64,000 nucleotides of DNA. Origin: Candidatus Sumerlaeaceae bacterium (GTDB lineage: Bacteria > Sumerlaeota > Sumerlaeia > Sumerlaeales > Sumerlaeaceae). Made by a program: the position numbers and the translations under genes. The notes under the pieces were generated by a model. It searched no databases and was not told the origin of the DNA. It saw nothing but the letters and a program-made list of their open reading frames with translations. Below, in pieces: positions 1-10,300 of the stretch. Within the stretch, counting starts at the first letter, position 1, and each line of letters begins with the position of its first letter. Location: positions 38,914 through 102,913 of the forward strand of contig JBPCLP010000043.1 in NCBI GenBank assembly GCA_051003195.1, given 5' to 3'.

Positions 1-1738
1 CGAGGCTTACAACCTCGTCCTTCACCTCGCGATTTTCGCCGGATTTGCGAATCTCGTCCAGCAGGTAGGCAATTTTTCGGGTGCCCCACAGCTTTTCAAG
101 AAACTCGTTTCCGCTGTCGGTGTTCGGAAGGCTCTTTTCGTATGTGTATTCCACGGGCTTGCCGCCTACCTGCCCGGTGAGCCGGATTGCAGATTGGCCC
201 GCTTTCTTATAGCGGCCAAAGACGGTCAGCTGAGTTCCGTGAAAGAGATCCGGCAGCTCGCGTGGGTACACATCATAGGTTTCAGCCGACGGCAGTTCGA
301 GTTTCAGGTTGGTCATGGCTGGTCGGCTGATCTTATCGAAGAAGCGGGCAATGGGAACTTCCATGTCTTCGCCCGGGCGAACGTATTCCGATGTAGCGCG
401 GGTGTTTTCGGCCAGGCCATCGAGAAGCTTCGTATTCACATCGTGTCCGACACCGAAAGTGAAGATACGCACGCCGTTCCGGTCGCTTTTGCCGGGGTTA
501 ATCTCCCTCGCGATGCGCTGGGCATCGGTAATCCCGACGGTAGGCAGCCCGTCCGTAATAAAGACAACGGTGTAAACCCTTCCGCTGCTCGAGTTTGTGT
601 CATCACGGCCAATATCCAACGCTTCCTGTAGTGCGCCGCTGATGTTCGTGCCGCCGCGGGCCTGCAGTTGTGACACCCAGTTGCGAGCCGAATCCTGGTT
701 GGCTTCCGTAGCGGGTTGCAGGCCATTGGACCACTTCTCGACTTCGGTCGAGAACCGCAGCACATTAAACCGGTCGTGCGGCCGCAGCTGACCGATACAA
801 TACCTTAGCGCTTTGCGCGCCTGCGTAATCTTATCGTCGTCCATCATGGAGCCACTGGTGTCGACGACAAAGACATAATCGCCCGCCGAGACGGTCGTAC
901 TTGTGACGTCCGCTTTCGCCGGCGGGCTGAGCATCAGGCTGAAAAAGCCGTCTTCGGCGCCAGCTTTGCGCCCGAGCAGACTCAACGCGATATCCTTGTT
1001 CGAGAGCTCATAGAACAGGACAAAGTTTCCGGAGCCACCGCCGAACGCGTTCGCCGGCACCGCGACATGGACTTTGCGGGGGTTCTTCATGTCCGGATCG
1101 ATGCTATGCGAGGGGGAGTAGACGTTGCGGATTTCATCATCGGATTCAATGTCGACATCGAACTTCACATCCGGTGCCGCACCGCGCCGCTCGGCACCTG
1201 CCCTGTGCGCCTTGAGAGGTAGCATGTAGCGAAATTGTCCCTGGTCAGCCTGAAGCGGCTGAGCGAACTCGAGCTCGATTTTTTGCGTGCCGCTGGCAGG
1301 CACCGGAAACACGCGTACTTTGAAGAGGTTATAATCCACCCACTCGACGAGTCCCGGATCCTGCATCCGTCGAACGATACCTTCATAAATTTCGCGCGCT
1401 TTTTCTTTTTCGAGCACTTCACCTTTTACGGGTTTGCCGTTCATATAGAGCACAAAATCGGTTACGTTGGCGCCCTTTGGGACGGGGAAATAGAAGTCTG
1501 CCTCCAACTGGCGCGCGTTCGGATTGTAGAACTCCTGCATGATGCGGGTGCCGGCGAGGTTCTGCTTAATCTGGACAGTGACCTCAGCTCGGCCCAGTTG
1601 AATGGGACTGAATTCGGGTAAACGGGGAACCAGGATCCCAAGTGCCGGGCAAAAGCTGTTGATGGCGAGAAGCGCTGCCACGGCCAAAATACGGCAAAGG
1701 CCGGCTGAAACTCGGAAAGAGCGACGAATTGTGCACAT
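1..1738 (-). CDS. Secreted VIT + von Willebrand factor A domain protein (inter-alpha-trypsin inhibitor-like), runs off the window edge
   Basis: Not in the ORF track; translated by hand from ATG 1738 with a GGAG RBS: MCTIRRSF...ILAVAALLAINSFCPALGILVP (signal-like), QEFYNPNARQLEADFYFPVPKGANVTDF and GEVLEKEKAREIYEGIVRRMQDPGLVEW (VIT), then DYVFVVDTSGSM (vWA MIDAS DxSxS) and KALRYCIGQLRPHDRFNVLRFST. Confidence 0.88.
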   Translation of the reverse strand, partial: MCTIRRSFRVSAGLCRILAVAALLAINSFCPALGILVPRLPEFSPIQLGRAEVTVQIKQNLAGTRIMQEFYNPNARQLEADFYFPVPKGANVTDFVLYMNGKPVKGEVLEKEKAREIYEGIVRRMQDPGLVEWVDYNLFKVRVFPVPASGTQKIELEFAQPLQADQGQFRYMLPLKAHRAGAERRGAAPDVKFDVDIESDDEIRNVYSPSHSIDPDMKNPRKVHVAVPANAFGGGSGNFVLFYELSNKDIALSLLGRKAGAEDGFFSLMLSPPAKADVTSTTVSAGDYVFVVDTSGSMMDDDKITQARKALRYCIGQLRPHDRFNVLRFSTEVEKWSNGLQPATEANQDSARNWVSQLQARGGTNISGALQEALDIGRDDTNSSSGRVYTVVFITDGLPTVGITDAQRIAREINPGKSDRNGVRIFTFGVGHDVNTKLLDGLAENTRATSEYVRPGEDMEVPIARFFDKISRPAMTNLKLELPSAETYDVYPRELPDLFHGTQLTVFGRYKKAGQSAIRLTGQVGGKPVEYTYEKSLPNTDSGNEFLEKLWGTRKIAYLLDEIRKSGENREVKDEVVSL

Positions 1739-1885
1739 AGTCGTGATCTCCATTGAAGTGTTGGAGATGTGACCGAGCAAACGGCTAGGCGGTTTGGTGC
1801 CAGACGAATTTACATTCGCGCGTTGTTGCGCTGCTGTACCATATTAACTGACGGTTATGAGCTACGTTTGAAGCCTGCTTTCGGG

Positions 1886-2299
1886 TTACCTGGCGCTCAT
1901 CCACACCGGGTCGGCAGCGGTGATCGCACTAAGCCGACGAATTTCACCGGTCGCGCCACTCACCGCAAAGAAACGCCAATCCGTTGGAGCGCTTGTCTCT
2001 GTGCCAGGGTTCATGCGTTGGCGCAAACGTGAATCCTTACTGTTTGTCCACGCCAGTGATGCGGCGTGCAGCCACTTGCCGACGTGCTCTCCGATCCATG
2101 GATGCTTTCCGGGGCGGTGCCGGAATCCGTCGAGCAAATCGTTCTCATTTATGGTGAGCAGGCGTGACTCGATGTTCCCGCGCGTTCTGTCGCCAGGCAG
2201 CCCCTGCATCTGAATTACAGCCGGGCCTGCCAGTACGACCTTATCGGCGGTTGGCGGGCTTGTCGTTAACGCTGCATCATTACTACAGTCAGCTCCCAT
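1886..2299 (-). pseudogene. N-terminal fragment of a GH127 (DUF1680, beta-L-arabinofuranosidase-like) glycoside hydrolase
   Basis: LLDGFRHRPGKHPWIGEHVGKWLHAASLAW matches the GH127 N-terminus. The ORF stops after about 140 aa, whereas the family is over 600 aa, and I found no continuation in the other frames. Confidence 0.6.
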
Positions 2300-2362
2300 G
2301 AGGCTACCCTCCATAAATGAGCAAGATTGGCAGCACAAATTCAGGTGTCGCGGGGAGCAATG

Positions 2363-3154
2363 TCAGGTCCTTTGCGCTTTATTTGCTTTGATTGCTGGTT
2401 TGCGCGCAACTGCGATCAGTCGTTGCGCAGTATGATCGTACGCTCCGCCGTCTAACGTTCCGTAAAGCTGAACACCTCGGAAGCCAGCTTGCTCGAGGCG
2501 CATGCGCAACTCCTGTCCGGAATACACGGTATGATGAAATTTAAACGTGCTGGTTTTGCCCTTACGGACGACACTCCACACGTTGCGCACTCGCGACCAA
2601 TCGTCGAATACCTCGCATTGCTGAGCGATAAAGTGGTTGTCGCTGAGTCGTTCTACCCGGCTGGGAAGCAGGATTCGCGCGAGCACCTCTTTGCCCATCA
2701 GGTCCATGATGAGTGATCCGCCGGGGTTCAGCGAGGTGAAAATATTCTGAAGCACTCGATCATCTTCGGACTTCTTATCGAAATATCCGAATGAAGTGTA
2801 CATGCTGAGCACGAGATCATAGGTTTTCAGTCTCTTGAAGTCGCGCATGTCAGCCTCGACCCACTCGACCTTCACTTTCTCCTGACGTGCGAGGCTTTTA
2901 GCTTTTTGCAGAAGAAAGGCGGACCGATCAACACCAGTCACAGTAAAATTGCGTTTCGCTAGTGCGACCGAGAACCGGCCCGGCCCACAGCAAAGGTCCA
3001 GAACGGATTTCCCATTGGGGCTTGTAAGTGCGAGCAGCGTTTCCAACTCGTGCTCAGTGCCGGCGAATCGCGCAGGCCCAAACATGAACGGGTACGTTTC
3101 ACGCCAAAATGCATCCTGGTCGAACCATTCGGAGTTCCTGCTGCGGCTTGTCAT
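2363..3154 (-). CDS. Class I SAM-dependent methyltransferase
   Basis: VLDLCCGPGR motif I, VTGVDRS, EADMRDF, SMYTSFGYF, LNPGG. Confidence 0.9.
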   Translation of the reverse strand: MTSRSRNSEWFDQDAFWRETYPFMFGPARFAGTEHELETLLALTSPNGKSVLDLCCGPGRFSVALAKRNFTVTGVDRSAFLLQKAKSLARQEKVKVEWVEADMRDFKRLKTYDLVLSMYTSFGYFDKKSEDDRVLQNIFTSLNPGGSLIMDLMGKEVLARILLPSRVERLSDNHFIAQQCEVFDDWSRVRNVWSVVRKGKTSTFKFHHTVYSGQELRMRLEQAGFRGVQLYGTLDGGAYDHTAQRLIAVARKPAIKANKAQRT

Positions 3155-3270
3155 TGGAGGCGAAGCTATTTACTGGATCGGCATGTGCAAGCGCTGATCA
3201 GAAAGAGCGGAAGTATGTTGGCCCGCCCAGGATTCGGTGCAGCTTTAGCCCGCCCTTTTGCGGGCTCCCT

Positions 3271-4473
3271 CTAAAAATCACGGCCGGCAATCAGCTTGTT
3301 GTATATCTGAAGCTCGTGAGCGACCACCTTCGCCAGGTCGAAATGTTCGAGAACACGCGCACGGCCGCGACGTCCCATGTCCGCTGCCTCTGCCGGATGT
3401 TCGACCAGCCATGACAGGCGGTCGGCAAGCGCGCTCGCATCCTTGCTGGGTACCAACCATCCGGTCTCGCCATGCACCACTTCTTCACGACAGCCGCGTA
3501 TGTCCGTTGCAACAGCGGGCAATTCCATGGCCATGGCTTCGAGCAGTGACACTGGCATACCTTCGCGGTAGGAAGGCAGCGTGAACGCGTCCATCGCATG
3601 AAGGTAGGGAGCCGTGTCGTCGACCATGCCAGCGAATACAACATGGTTGGCAATGCCAAGCTCGCGAAGGGTTGCATGCACTTCATGTTTGCTGCCGTCG
3701 TAATCGCTAGGCAGCACGTCGCCAACCACAAGCACGCGAACGTGTGGATACCGCCCGACGATCACCTTTGCTGCGGAGAAAAGTTCAAAGAACCCCTTCT
3801 CCCGAACCAGGCGGCCGACAATTCCGATGACATAGGCATCGTCTGGTATGCCAAGGCTCTGCCGCACGTCGCTGCGCTGGATTCCAGCAAATCGCTGGGG
3901 ATCGAAACGCTCAACATCCACGCCGTTATAAATCGTCTCCACACGTCCTTCGCTGGCAATTCCCAGCCGAATGGCTGACTGCTCGTCCTCTTTGCTGACG
4001 GTCATGATGAAATCCCCGCAGGCGGAGCCGATTTTTTCCAATGTGATGAGCGCTCTGCGCAGCCAGGGCTTCATCTGGTCGTGAAAGTAGAATCCATGCG
4101 CCGTGTAGATTTTGACGGGAACTCCTGCCAGCCGTGCGGCGATGCGCCCAAGTAACGCTGCGATGGGCGTATGTACATGTACCACATGGTATTTCCCGCG
4201 CTTGATCAACTTGTATGTCCCTCGCAGGGATCGAGCATGGTGGAGTAGATTCGCATTCCGCGAAATCGGATTCTCGATCATGTTAAAACCTGCGTCCCGG
4301 ATCTGGTCAAAGTACGGTCCGCGCGCACAGGCGATGTCCACATCGTATCCGTTATTCATGAGTGCGTGTGCCAACGGCAGGAGGAATTGCTTTGCCGTGA
4401 AATCGACTGCGCATAACTGCAGGACCCGCAGGCGATGCTCCTGTACCTGGGGCGGTGGCGCAGAGATCGACAT
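3271..4473 (-). CDS. Glycosyltransferase family 4
   Basis: HVHTP, IYTAHGF, IVGRLVREKG, FTLPSYREGMPVSLLEAMAM (E-x7-E), GETGWLVP. Confidence 0.93.
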   Translation of the reverse strand: MSISAPPPQVQEHRLRVLQLCAVDFTAKQFLLPLAHALMNNGYDVDIACARGPYFDQIRDAGFNMIENPISRNANLLHHARSLRGTYKLIKRGKYHVVHVHTPIAALLGRIAARLAGVPVKIYTAHGFYFHDQMKPWLRRALITLEKIGSACGDFIMTVSKEDEQSAIRLGIASEGRVETIYNGVDVERFDPQRFAGIQRSDVRQSLGIPDDAYVIGIVGRLVREKGFFELFSAAKVIVGRYPHVRVLVVGDVLPSDYDGSKHEVHATLRELGIANHVVFAGMVDDTAPYLHAMDAFTLPSYREGMPVSLLEAMAMELPAVATDIRGCREEVVHGETGWLVPSKDASALADRLSWLVEHPAEAADMGRRGRARVLEHFDLAKVVAHELQIYNKLIAGRDF

Positions 4474-4618
4474 ATCGGAGTCGTCTCACGGTCGCAGCGT
4501 CGGAATGCAAGTACGTTGCAGCAGGTTATGAACACCTCGAAGTCTGCACGCGCGGATTGCAGAATCGGGTTGTAAGCGCACCAAACCGGAATGAGATTCA
4601 CGCGGGATCGCAAGCCAC

Positions 4619-6955
4619 ATGGCCCTTTTCGGTAAGACATTACAGCGCAAGCTGCTCGGAATCCTGCTGCTCGTGGGATTCGCACCGGCTGTAATAGTGC
4701 TGGTTTATAATTACTCGGTGTTCGCCCTTGGGTTTGAGGGCGTAATTGGCTCGTTTCTGCAGGACCAGGCTGATGCGGCATCGGCCAAGACAGACGCGGT
4801 GCTACAGGCTTATTATCAAAGATTCGCGGGTCTTCGAAGCGGAGTGGCAGAAGGGCATCCGCTCGACCCTGCAATGACCATTGGGCCTGCCAGGTTTCAG
4901 CAGCTTTTACTGACGGACCGCAGGGGGCTTATTAACGCGGCTTCGCCGGAGACTTCCGCAATCCGGGTGGAACTATTGCCGGGTCTTCTGCGTGCAACGA
5001 CCGCTTCGCAGGTCTTGTTTAGCGAACTCTTTTCACCGGAAGGAAAAAGTCGGCTCTGTTTTCAAGCGGCAGTTGAGAATGACCGAATCCTCACAGGCTT
5101 TGTGAATCCCGAAGATCTGTTGCAGGCAACAGGCGAAGCAGTTGGGTCATCCTTTCTGCGGCTCTATTCAAATCGAGGCGGCTTTCCAGGCCAGTCCGAG
5201 GATCATTCATTGAGCGCAATGGCCGAGGCAAATGGTCGGCAGATACGCGAACAGCTTTCGGGCTGGTTTTCAACGGGCGAGAAGCGCGAACGCGCAGGTT
5301 CGCTTGTGGGCTTTGCGGAAAGTAAACTGCTGAGAATCAGGCGCAACCAGGGAACGACAAGTGTCGAGTGGATCACGCTGACTCGAATGGATGTGCGGGA
5401 GGTGAGCTCACTTCTGTCGTACATGATGTGGCGCAACATTTTTTTCGGGATGTTACTGGCGCCTGTCCTCGTCGGGCTGAGTTACCTGCTCGCGCGTCGG
5501 TTCCTTGCCCCGGTCCGCGCAATGCATTCGCAAGCCAGGCGAATAGGCCAGGGTGACCTGGATGCGACTGCCGAGGTACAGACCGGCGACGAGCTCGAGC
5601 AGCTTGCAGAAGCATTTAATGCGATGGCAAGTAACCTCCGTTCTTCGCGGGATTCACTGGAGCGCTACCTGCAATCCGTGGAGAAAAAAGCGCGCCAGAT
5701 CTCGCTTGCGAACAGCATCAGTCGCAATCTGATCGGACCGTTTGATCTACAGCAGTTGTGCGAGGTAACGCACAGCGAGTTAAAGAACCTGCTCGCGTAT
5801 GACGGGCTCACGGTTGTGATATTCGCAGAAAGCGACTCAAAGCCGTCGCGGTTCTGGTTCATCTCCGATGTATTCGCAGGCTCCCCTGACAGCGAAGTAC
5901 AATCGGTGTGCGAAAGCGCATTCGGCAGTGAGACGACTGCACCGTTTCCATGTGCGATGCGACTCGATGCTCCCCCCGTGAAAGCCCTTGCCGACCTGAA
6001 ATTCGAACATTGTTGCATGGTGCCCTTGCGTGCCGAAGCAGGCCTGGCAGGCGTGCTGGCTCTGGGTCGCACGGTCGGCCCGGATTTTTCCGGAGAAGAG
6101 TCGATCGCATTGGAGCAGATCTCCGGCGTGGTCGCGGTAGGCATTGAGCACATTGGCCTCTACGAGCGTACGCGCAGTTTTGCGCTCGAGCTTGAGCAGA
6201 AAGTTGAAGAACGAGCAGCCGAGCTACAGCGTGCCCAGGAGCAGCTTTTCCGCATCGAGCGCTTTGCCGCGACTGGCAGGCTTGCAGCGAACATCGCGCA
6301 CGAGATCAATAACCCGCTTGGGGTAATTAAAAACTATCTGCACCTGTTTCGCCAGAAGCAGCGCGACCTTGATCCATCATCCGCTGAAGCTCTCACTATC
6401 GTACAGGAAGAGTTGGATCGTATCGCGCGCATTGTCCAGAATCTCCTGGAATTCTACCGTCCAGCCACAGCAAGGCCGGAGCTGCTCGGTATGAACGAAG
6501 AGATCCGACAAATCATGCCGCTGATCCAAAGCGGTTTCGGCCGCCGGCAGATTAAACTCGAGATGCAACTCGCCGATAGCCTCCCTACGATTGAGATGCC
6601 TCGTGATCATCTGCGGCAGGTGCTGTTCAACCTTCTTAAGAATGCAGAAGAAGCGGTCGAGGACGGTGGCACCATCACATTACGGACTAGTTTGGTGTCC
6701 GGTGAAGGCACGCCCTGCGTGCAGCTTGAGGTCTGCGATAATGGCTGCGGCATTCCGCAGGAAGACCAGGCGCAGGTGTTCGAACCGTTCTTTACCCGAA
6801 AACGCGACGGACAGGCGCATGGCACTGGCCTTGGCCTGGCGGTAACGTACAGTATCATCCAGAGCCTTAACGGGTCGATCGAACTGGATAGCAGGCCCGG
6901 ACAGGGAACCAGCTTTAAGGTGCTGCTGCCTGTCAGTGGCGCTCAGTCTCGTTAG
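4619..6955 (+). CDS. Membrane sensor histidine kinase (TM-periplasmic-TM-HAMP-GAF-HisKA-HATPase)
   Basis: HAMP (GDELEQLAEAFNAMA), H-box IAHEINNPL, N-box QVLFNLLKNAEEA, G1 DNGCGI, F-box FEPFFT, G2 GTGLGL. Confidence 0.93.
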   Translation: MALFGKTLQRKLLGILLLVGFAPAVIVLVYNYSVFALGFEGVIGSFLQDQADAASAKTDAVLQAYYQRFAGLRSGVAEGHPLDPAMTIGPARFQQLLLTDRRGLINAASPETSAIRVELLPGLLRATTASQVLFSELFSPEGKSRLCFQAAVENDRILTGFVNPEDLLQATGEAVGSSFLRLYSNRGGFPGQSEDHSLSAMAEANGRQIREQLSGWFSTGEKRERAGSLVGFAESKLLRIRRNQGTTSVEWITLTRMDVREVSSLLSYMMWRNIFFGMLLAPVLVGLSYLLARRFLAPVRAMHSQARRIGQGDLDATAEVQTGDELEQLAEAFNAMASNLRSSRDSLERYLQSVEKKARQISLANSISRNLIGPFDLQQLCEVTHSELKNLLAYDGLTVVIFAESDSKPSRFWFISDVFAGSPDSEVQSVCESAFGSETTAPFPCAMRLDAPPVKALADLKFEHCCMVPLRAEAGLAGVLALGRTVGPDFSGEESIALEQISGVVAVGIEHIGLYERTRSFALELEQKVEERAAELQRAQEQLFRIERFAATGRLAANIAHEINNPLGVIKNYLHLFRQKQRDLDPSSAEALTIVQEELDRIARIVQNLLEFYRPATARPELLGMNEEIRQIMPLIQSGFGRRQIKLEMQLADSLPTIEMPRDHLRQVLFNLLKNAEEAVEDGGTITLRTSLVSGEGTPCVQLEVCDNGCGIPQEDQAQVFEPFFTRKRDGQAHGTGLGLAVTYSIIQSLNGSIELDSRPGQGTSFKVLLPVSGAQSR

Positions 6956-7070
6956 TCGGCCACCAGCAGGGGCCGGCATCATGCATCTTGCGGCATAATG
7001 CATGCTTCATAAAGAAAAGGATGGAAAACCCAATCTGTACCATACTTGGCTCTGAGGCATCGCTTTAGTT

Positions 7071-7448
7071 ATGGCCCACATCTGCATTATAGAAGATGAC
7101 CCGGCGTTTTCCGCCGCATTGCACCGTATCATGTCCCAGGAACATGAGGTGCACTGCTTTCCAACTGTGCCCGAGGACGCTGAACAGATTATCTCCATAA
7201 AGCCTGACCTGATATTCCTCGATTGCATGCTGCCTGGTGAGACGGGCCCGCACTTCCTGCAGCGATTACGCAGCGACGAGCGCACCCGGCAGGTCGCTGT
7301 CATCCTGATGTCTGCCTACCACGAAATGGTCGACGAGGCGAAGTCCCAGACAGACGAATACCAGGAGTTCCTCAAAAAACCGTGTACAATTCGCCAGGTA
7401 ATGGCACTGGTGCAACGCTACCTGGACCGTGGAATCGCCGCGAGCTGA
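7071..7448 (+). CDS. Single-domain response regulator (CheY-like)
   Basis: IIEDD, PDLIFLDCMLPG, VILMSA, FLKKP. Lies directly downstream of the histidine kinase. Confidence 0.9.
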   Translation: MAHICIIEDDPAFSAALHRIMSQEHEVHCFPTVPEDAEQIISIKPDLIFLDCMLPGETGPHFLQRLRSDERTRQVAVILMSAYHEMVDEAKSQTDEYQEFLKKPCTIRQVMALVQRYLDRGIAAS

Positions 7449-7539
7449 CGTAAATTTGGCGTAGAATTAGGCACTGAAATGCATTCCACCGTTCTCAGCT
7501 GTGCCGAATAAAGATAATTGCACGGCCCCAATTTTCACT

Positions 7540-7827
7540 TTATTCGCGCATTGAATAGTAATCATACCTGCCGAGCCAATCGACCTCGATAATAACATGT
7601 AATGTGCTGCTCGTAGGCACTTCGAATTCATAGACATAAGGCAGCTTCAACCCGTGTCGCACACTTACGAGGTGGTAATCTGCTGCTCCTCGTCCATACG
7701 TGTATTCACGCTGGTTAATCAGACGTTCAGCAAATGTGTGGCCGCGAAGGACGACTAATCCAACCAAATGAAGTAACATAAGCGTAACCGGCACGGCAAT
7801 GGTGCCAAACCACAACAACCGTTTCAT
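7540..7827 (-). CDS. Small hypothetical membrane or secreted protein
   Basis: ATG 7827 gives MKRLLWFGTIAVPVTLMLLHLVGLVVL (hydrophobic N-terminus) and fills the gap between genes. No recognised domain. Confidence 0.5.
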   Translation of the reverse strand: MKRLLWFGTIAVPVTLMLLHLVGLVVLRGHTFAERLINQREYTYGRGAADYHLVSVRHGLKLPYVYEFEVPTSSTLHVIIEVDWLGRYDYYSMRE

Positions 7828-8009
7828 GGAGAACCTCCCGGACAATCGGCTTTCCCCATTGATCGCAAACGTTTGGAAGCACGTATCTCCAAGTCGTACG
7901 GCTTGCCCGGTGTACTTCGGCCGAACCAAGTTAACAGCTCACCTATAAAACTTCGATGTCCACCTGATTTTAGTGGAAATCGACTGCGGCTGCGGCAACA
8001 GGTGGAGCA

Positions 8010-8375
8010 ATGATTTGCCTGTTTCCATCTTTCGGTAGCCGCAAAGCGCTGTTATTCCTGATGCTCGCCGGGTGCACCCTTTTACCTGGCTGTATACGCA
8101 AAATGGCTACGATCACGAGTGATCCACCGTGCTGCAAAGTCTGGATTAATAGCGTATATCGCGGTGAAACTCCCGTCGAGATACCATACAACTGGAACTG
8201 GTATTACGACATAAAGCTGGAGAAGGAAGGGTTCGAGCCAAAGTGCACCCGCGAACGCTTCTATGCGCCGCCCCAGCACTGGGTACCATTAGACCTGGCC
8301 GCCGAAGTCGCTCCAGTGCGCAGCAACGAGTCCCAATGGCGGCACTACTGTCTCACGCCGAAACAGAAACCCTGA
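8010..8375 (+). CDS. PEGA-domain lipoprotein
   Basis: Lipobox-like LLPGC followed by TITSDPP..KVWIN..YRGETP and IKLEKEGFEP, typical of PEGA. Confidence 0.8.
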   Translation: MICLFPSFGSRKALLFLMLAGCTLLPGCIRKMATITSDPPCCKVWINSVYRGETPVEIPYNWNWYYDIKLEKEGFEPKCTRERFYAPPQHWVPLDLAAEVAPVRSNESQWRHYCLTPKQKP

Positions 8376-8418
8376 GAGTGCGATAAGGTAACTCCCAGGC
8401 GGGGTTCGCCGCGTTCCA

Positions 8419-9345
8419 TTATTCGCTGTCAAAGTGTAGCGCGATATCAAGTGAAGGCGCAGAGTGCGTGATTGCGCCGACCGAAATCCTATCAATGGGA
8501 AGCCGCGAATAGTTCCGGATATTCTTAAGCGTAATGCCTCCGCTGACTTCTATCTGCGGCATCGGCCGCCGCAACTGCCGCGCCCGAGTTTCGATTTTAG
8601 CGACCACTTCCCTGATCTTCCGCGGCGGCATATTATCCAACATCACAATATCCGCGCGGTTAGACAGGGCGTCGAGCGCTTCTGCAAGATCCCGGGCTTC
8701 GATGCACAAGTGCCTGCGGGACCGAGGGTCAAAAAATCCATTCTCGTGCAACCGCGCGACGGCTGAGGCAACGCCGCCGGCTGCGTCGATGTGATTGTTC
8801 TTCAGCATCGCCATGTCGTAAAGACCAAAGCGGTGGTTTTGCCCACCTCCATGAACGACTGCCTGTTTCTCGAATTCCCGCAGCAATGGCGTGGTTTTGC
8901 GCGTGTCGTAAATGCCGATGTTCCCTGCGGGGCCAAGTGCCTGTACAAACTGGTTGGTTAGTGTGGCTATACCGCTCATGCGCTGGAGAAAGTTCAGCGA
9001 TACCCGCTCACCTTGCAGCAGTATTGCAAAAGGGCCGGATACCTCGCCCAGAACCATGCCTTTTGTAAAGGCCTCCCCATCCCTGATTCTCCAACGGACC
9101 TTCGCGGCAGGGGAGAGCTGACTGAATACCTCGTTTACGATCGCGTTGCCGCTTAAAATTCCATTCTGCTTTGCCAGGAAGTGCGCTTTTCCTGCTTCGG
9201 AGTCCGAAAAGATGGCGGCACTGACATCGCCTGGTCCGATGTCCTCCGCCAGCGCGGCACACACTATTTGAGTTGTCAAATACCTGACCCTGGCAGGTGC
9301 CAAAACCCCGGCCGTCGTCGATCGTTTTTTACGCTTCAGCGGCAT
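8419..9345 (-). CDS. nadC: Nicotinate-nucleotide diphosphorylase (quinolinate phosphoribosyltransferase)
   Basis: ALAEDIGPGDVS, GERVSLNFLQRMSGIATLT, DTRKTTP, NHRFGLYD, MLDNM, EVSGGI, ISVGAITHSA. Start placed at ATG 9345. Confidence 0.95.
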   Translation of the reverse strand: MPLKRKKRSTTAGVLAPARVRYLTTQIVCAALAEDIGPGDVSAAIFSDSEAGKAHFLAKQNGILSGNAIVNEVFSQLSPAAKVRWRIRDGEAFTKGMVLGEVSGPFAILLQGERVSLNFLQRMSGIATLTNQFVQALGPAGNIGIYDTRKTTPLLREFEKQAVVHGGGQNHRFGLYDMAMLKNNHIDAAGGVASAVARLHENGFFDPRSRRHLCIEARDLAEALDALSNRADIVMLDNMPPRKIREVVAKIETRARQLRRPMPQIEVSGGITLKNIRNYSRLPIDRISVGAITHSAPSLDIALHFDSE

Positions 9346-9459
9346 TCCTTGACATCCGTGGTTCAATTCGATGCAGTGCTGCTTCAAGTTAAAGTAAAAT
9401 CATACCGGCATGCGAGATTCCGGCTCTGCTTTACAGAGCTCGCAAAGAAGGAGTACGAT

Positions 9460-10038
9460 ATGAGCCCGTCGAACCAGTTCCGTGTCGTGGCCATTGACGA
9501 CGATAAGGATATCCTTGATCTCGTTCATTTGACCTTAGGTACGGACTATGAAGTTTTTACTTTAAGTGATCCGGCGCTCGCACTCGAGGCCCTGGAGTAC
9601 ATTGAGCCCGACGTCGTGCTTGTCGATGTCATGATGCCAAAGGTGACGGGTTACCATATCGTTGAAAAAATTAGAAAAGATCCCAGGCATCAACAGGTCC
9701 AGGTGGTCTTTTTGTCGGCTAAGGACTCGATACTCGACGTAAAGTACGGCTATAAGCTTGGCGCTAACTTTTACCTGACAAAACCTTTTCAGCCCGAGCG
9801 GGTTCGCCGTACACTGGAGATGTTGCTGACGCAGGGCGGAATCAGCAAACCACGTGCTAAGCTGCTTTCGCATCGTGACATCGAACTGCGCCTGCAGACT
9901 CGCATGACCGTACCGGCGGCCGCTCGTGGCGAGGCAAACTTGGAATCTGCAGAACCCCGGCCGTCGAGCATTCACCGAATTCCCAAATCAGGCGACGATG
10001 AGCCCGAGCAGTCCAAGGAAAAGAAATGGGTGGGCTGA
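9460..10038 (+). CDS. Response regulator receiver protein with low-complexity C-terminal tail
   Basis: AAGGAG RBS before ATG 9460; AIDDD, VLVDVMMP, FLSAK, GANFYLTKPF. No clear output domain. Confidence 0.88.
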   Translation: MSPSNQFRVVAIDDDKDILDLVHLTLGTDYEVFTLSDPALALEALEYIEPDVVLVDVMMPKVTGYHIVEKIRKDPRHQQVQVVFLSAKDSILDVKYGYKLGANFYLTKPFQPERVRRTLEMLLTQGGISKPRAKLLSHRDIELRLQTRMTVPAAARGEANLESAEPRPSSIHRIPKSGDDEPEQSKEKKWVG

Positions 10039-10300
10039 TTACTGCTTCCCGGAGTACTTAGGCGGGACCAGTGGACGGCGGGGCCGAGAACGTCAGGGGG
10101 CACGGTGAGTACTTGTTGTGTTAGGTGGCTGGGTGGGGGGGTGGAGTTGGGCGTTGGTCTGTTGTCATTTCGCGGGCTGAATTGGAAACAGTTGCGCCGG
10201 CCAAGGCTAAAGCCGTACTCCGAACGGGCCTGGTACCATTTAAACACTGCGTGTGAAGATGTATGATGGGTGCGGGACATTTATTAAAGGGGCGGTGCAG

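Noticed and set aside
194..1621. Short ORFs listed in the track for 194-1621
   Set aside because: They are shadows of the long minus-strand VIT-vWA frame. Most other overlapping short ORFs in the track were rejected for the same reason.
10112..10165. G/T-rich tract (and a similar one at 63930-63980) as a G-quadruplex or regulatory element
   Set aside because: Low-complexity only, with no consistent four-run pattern or other support.
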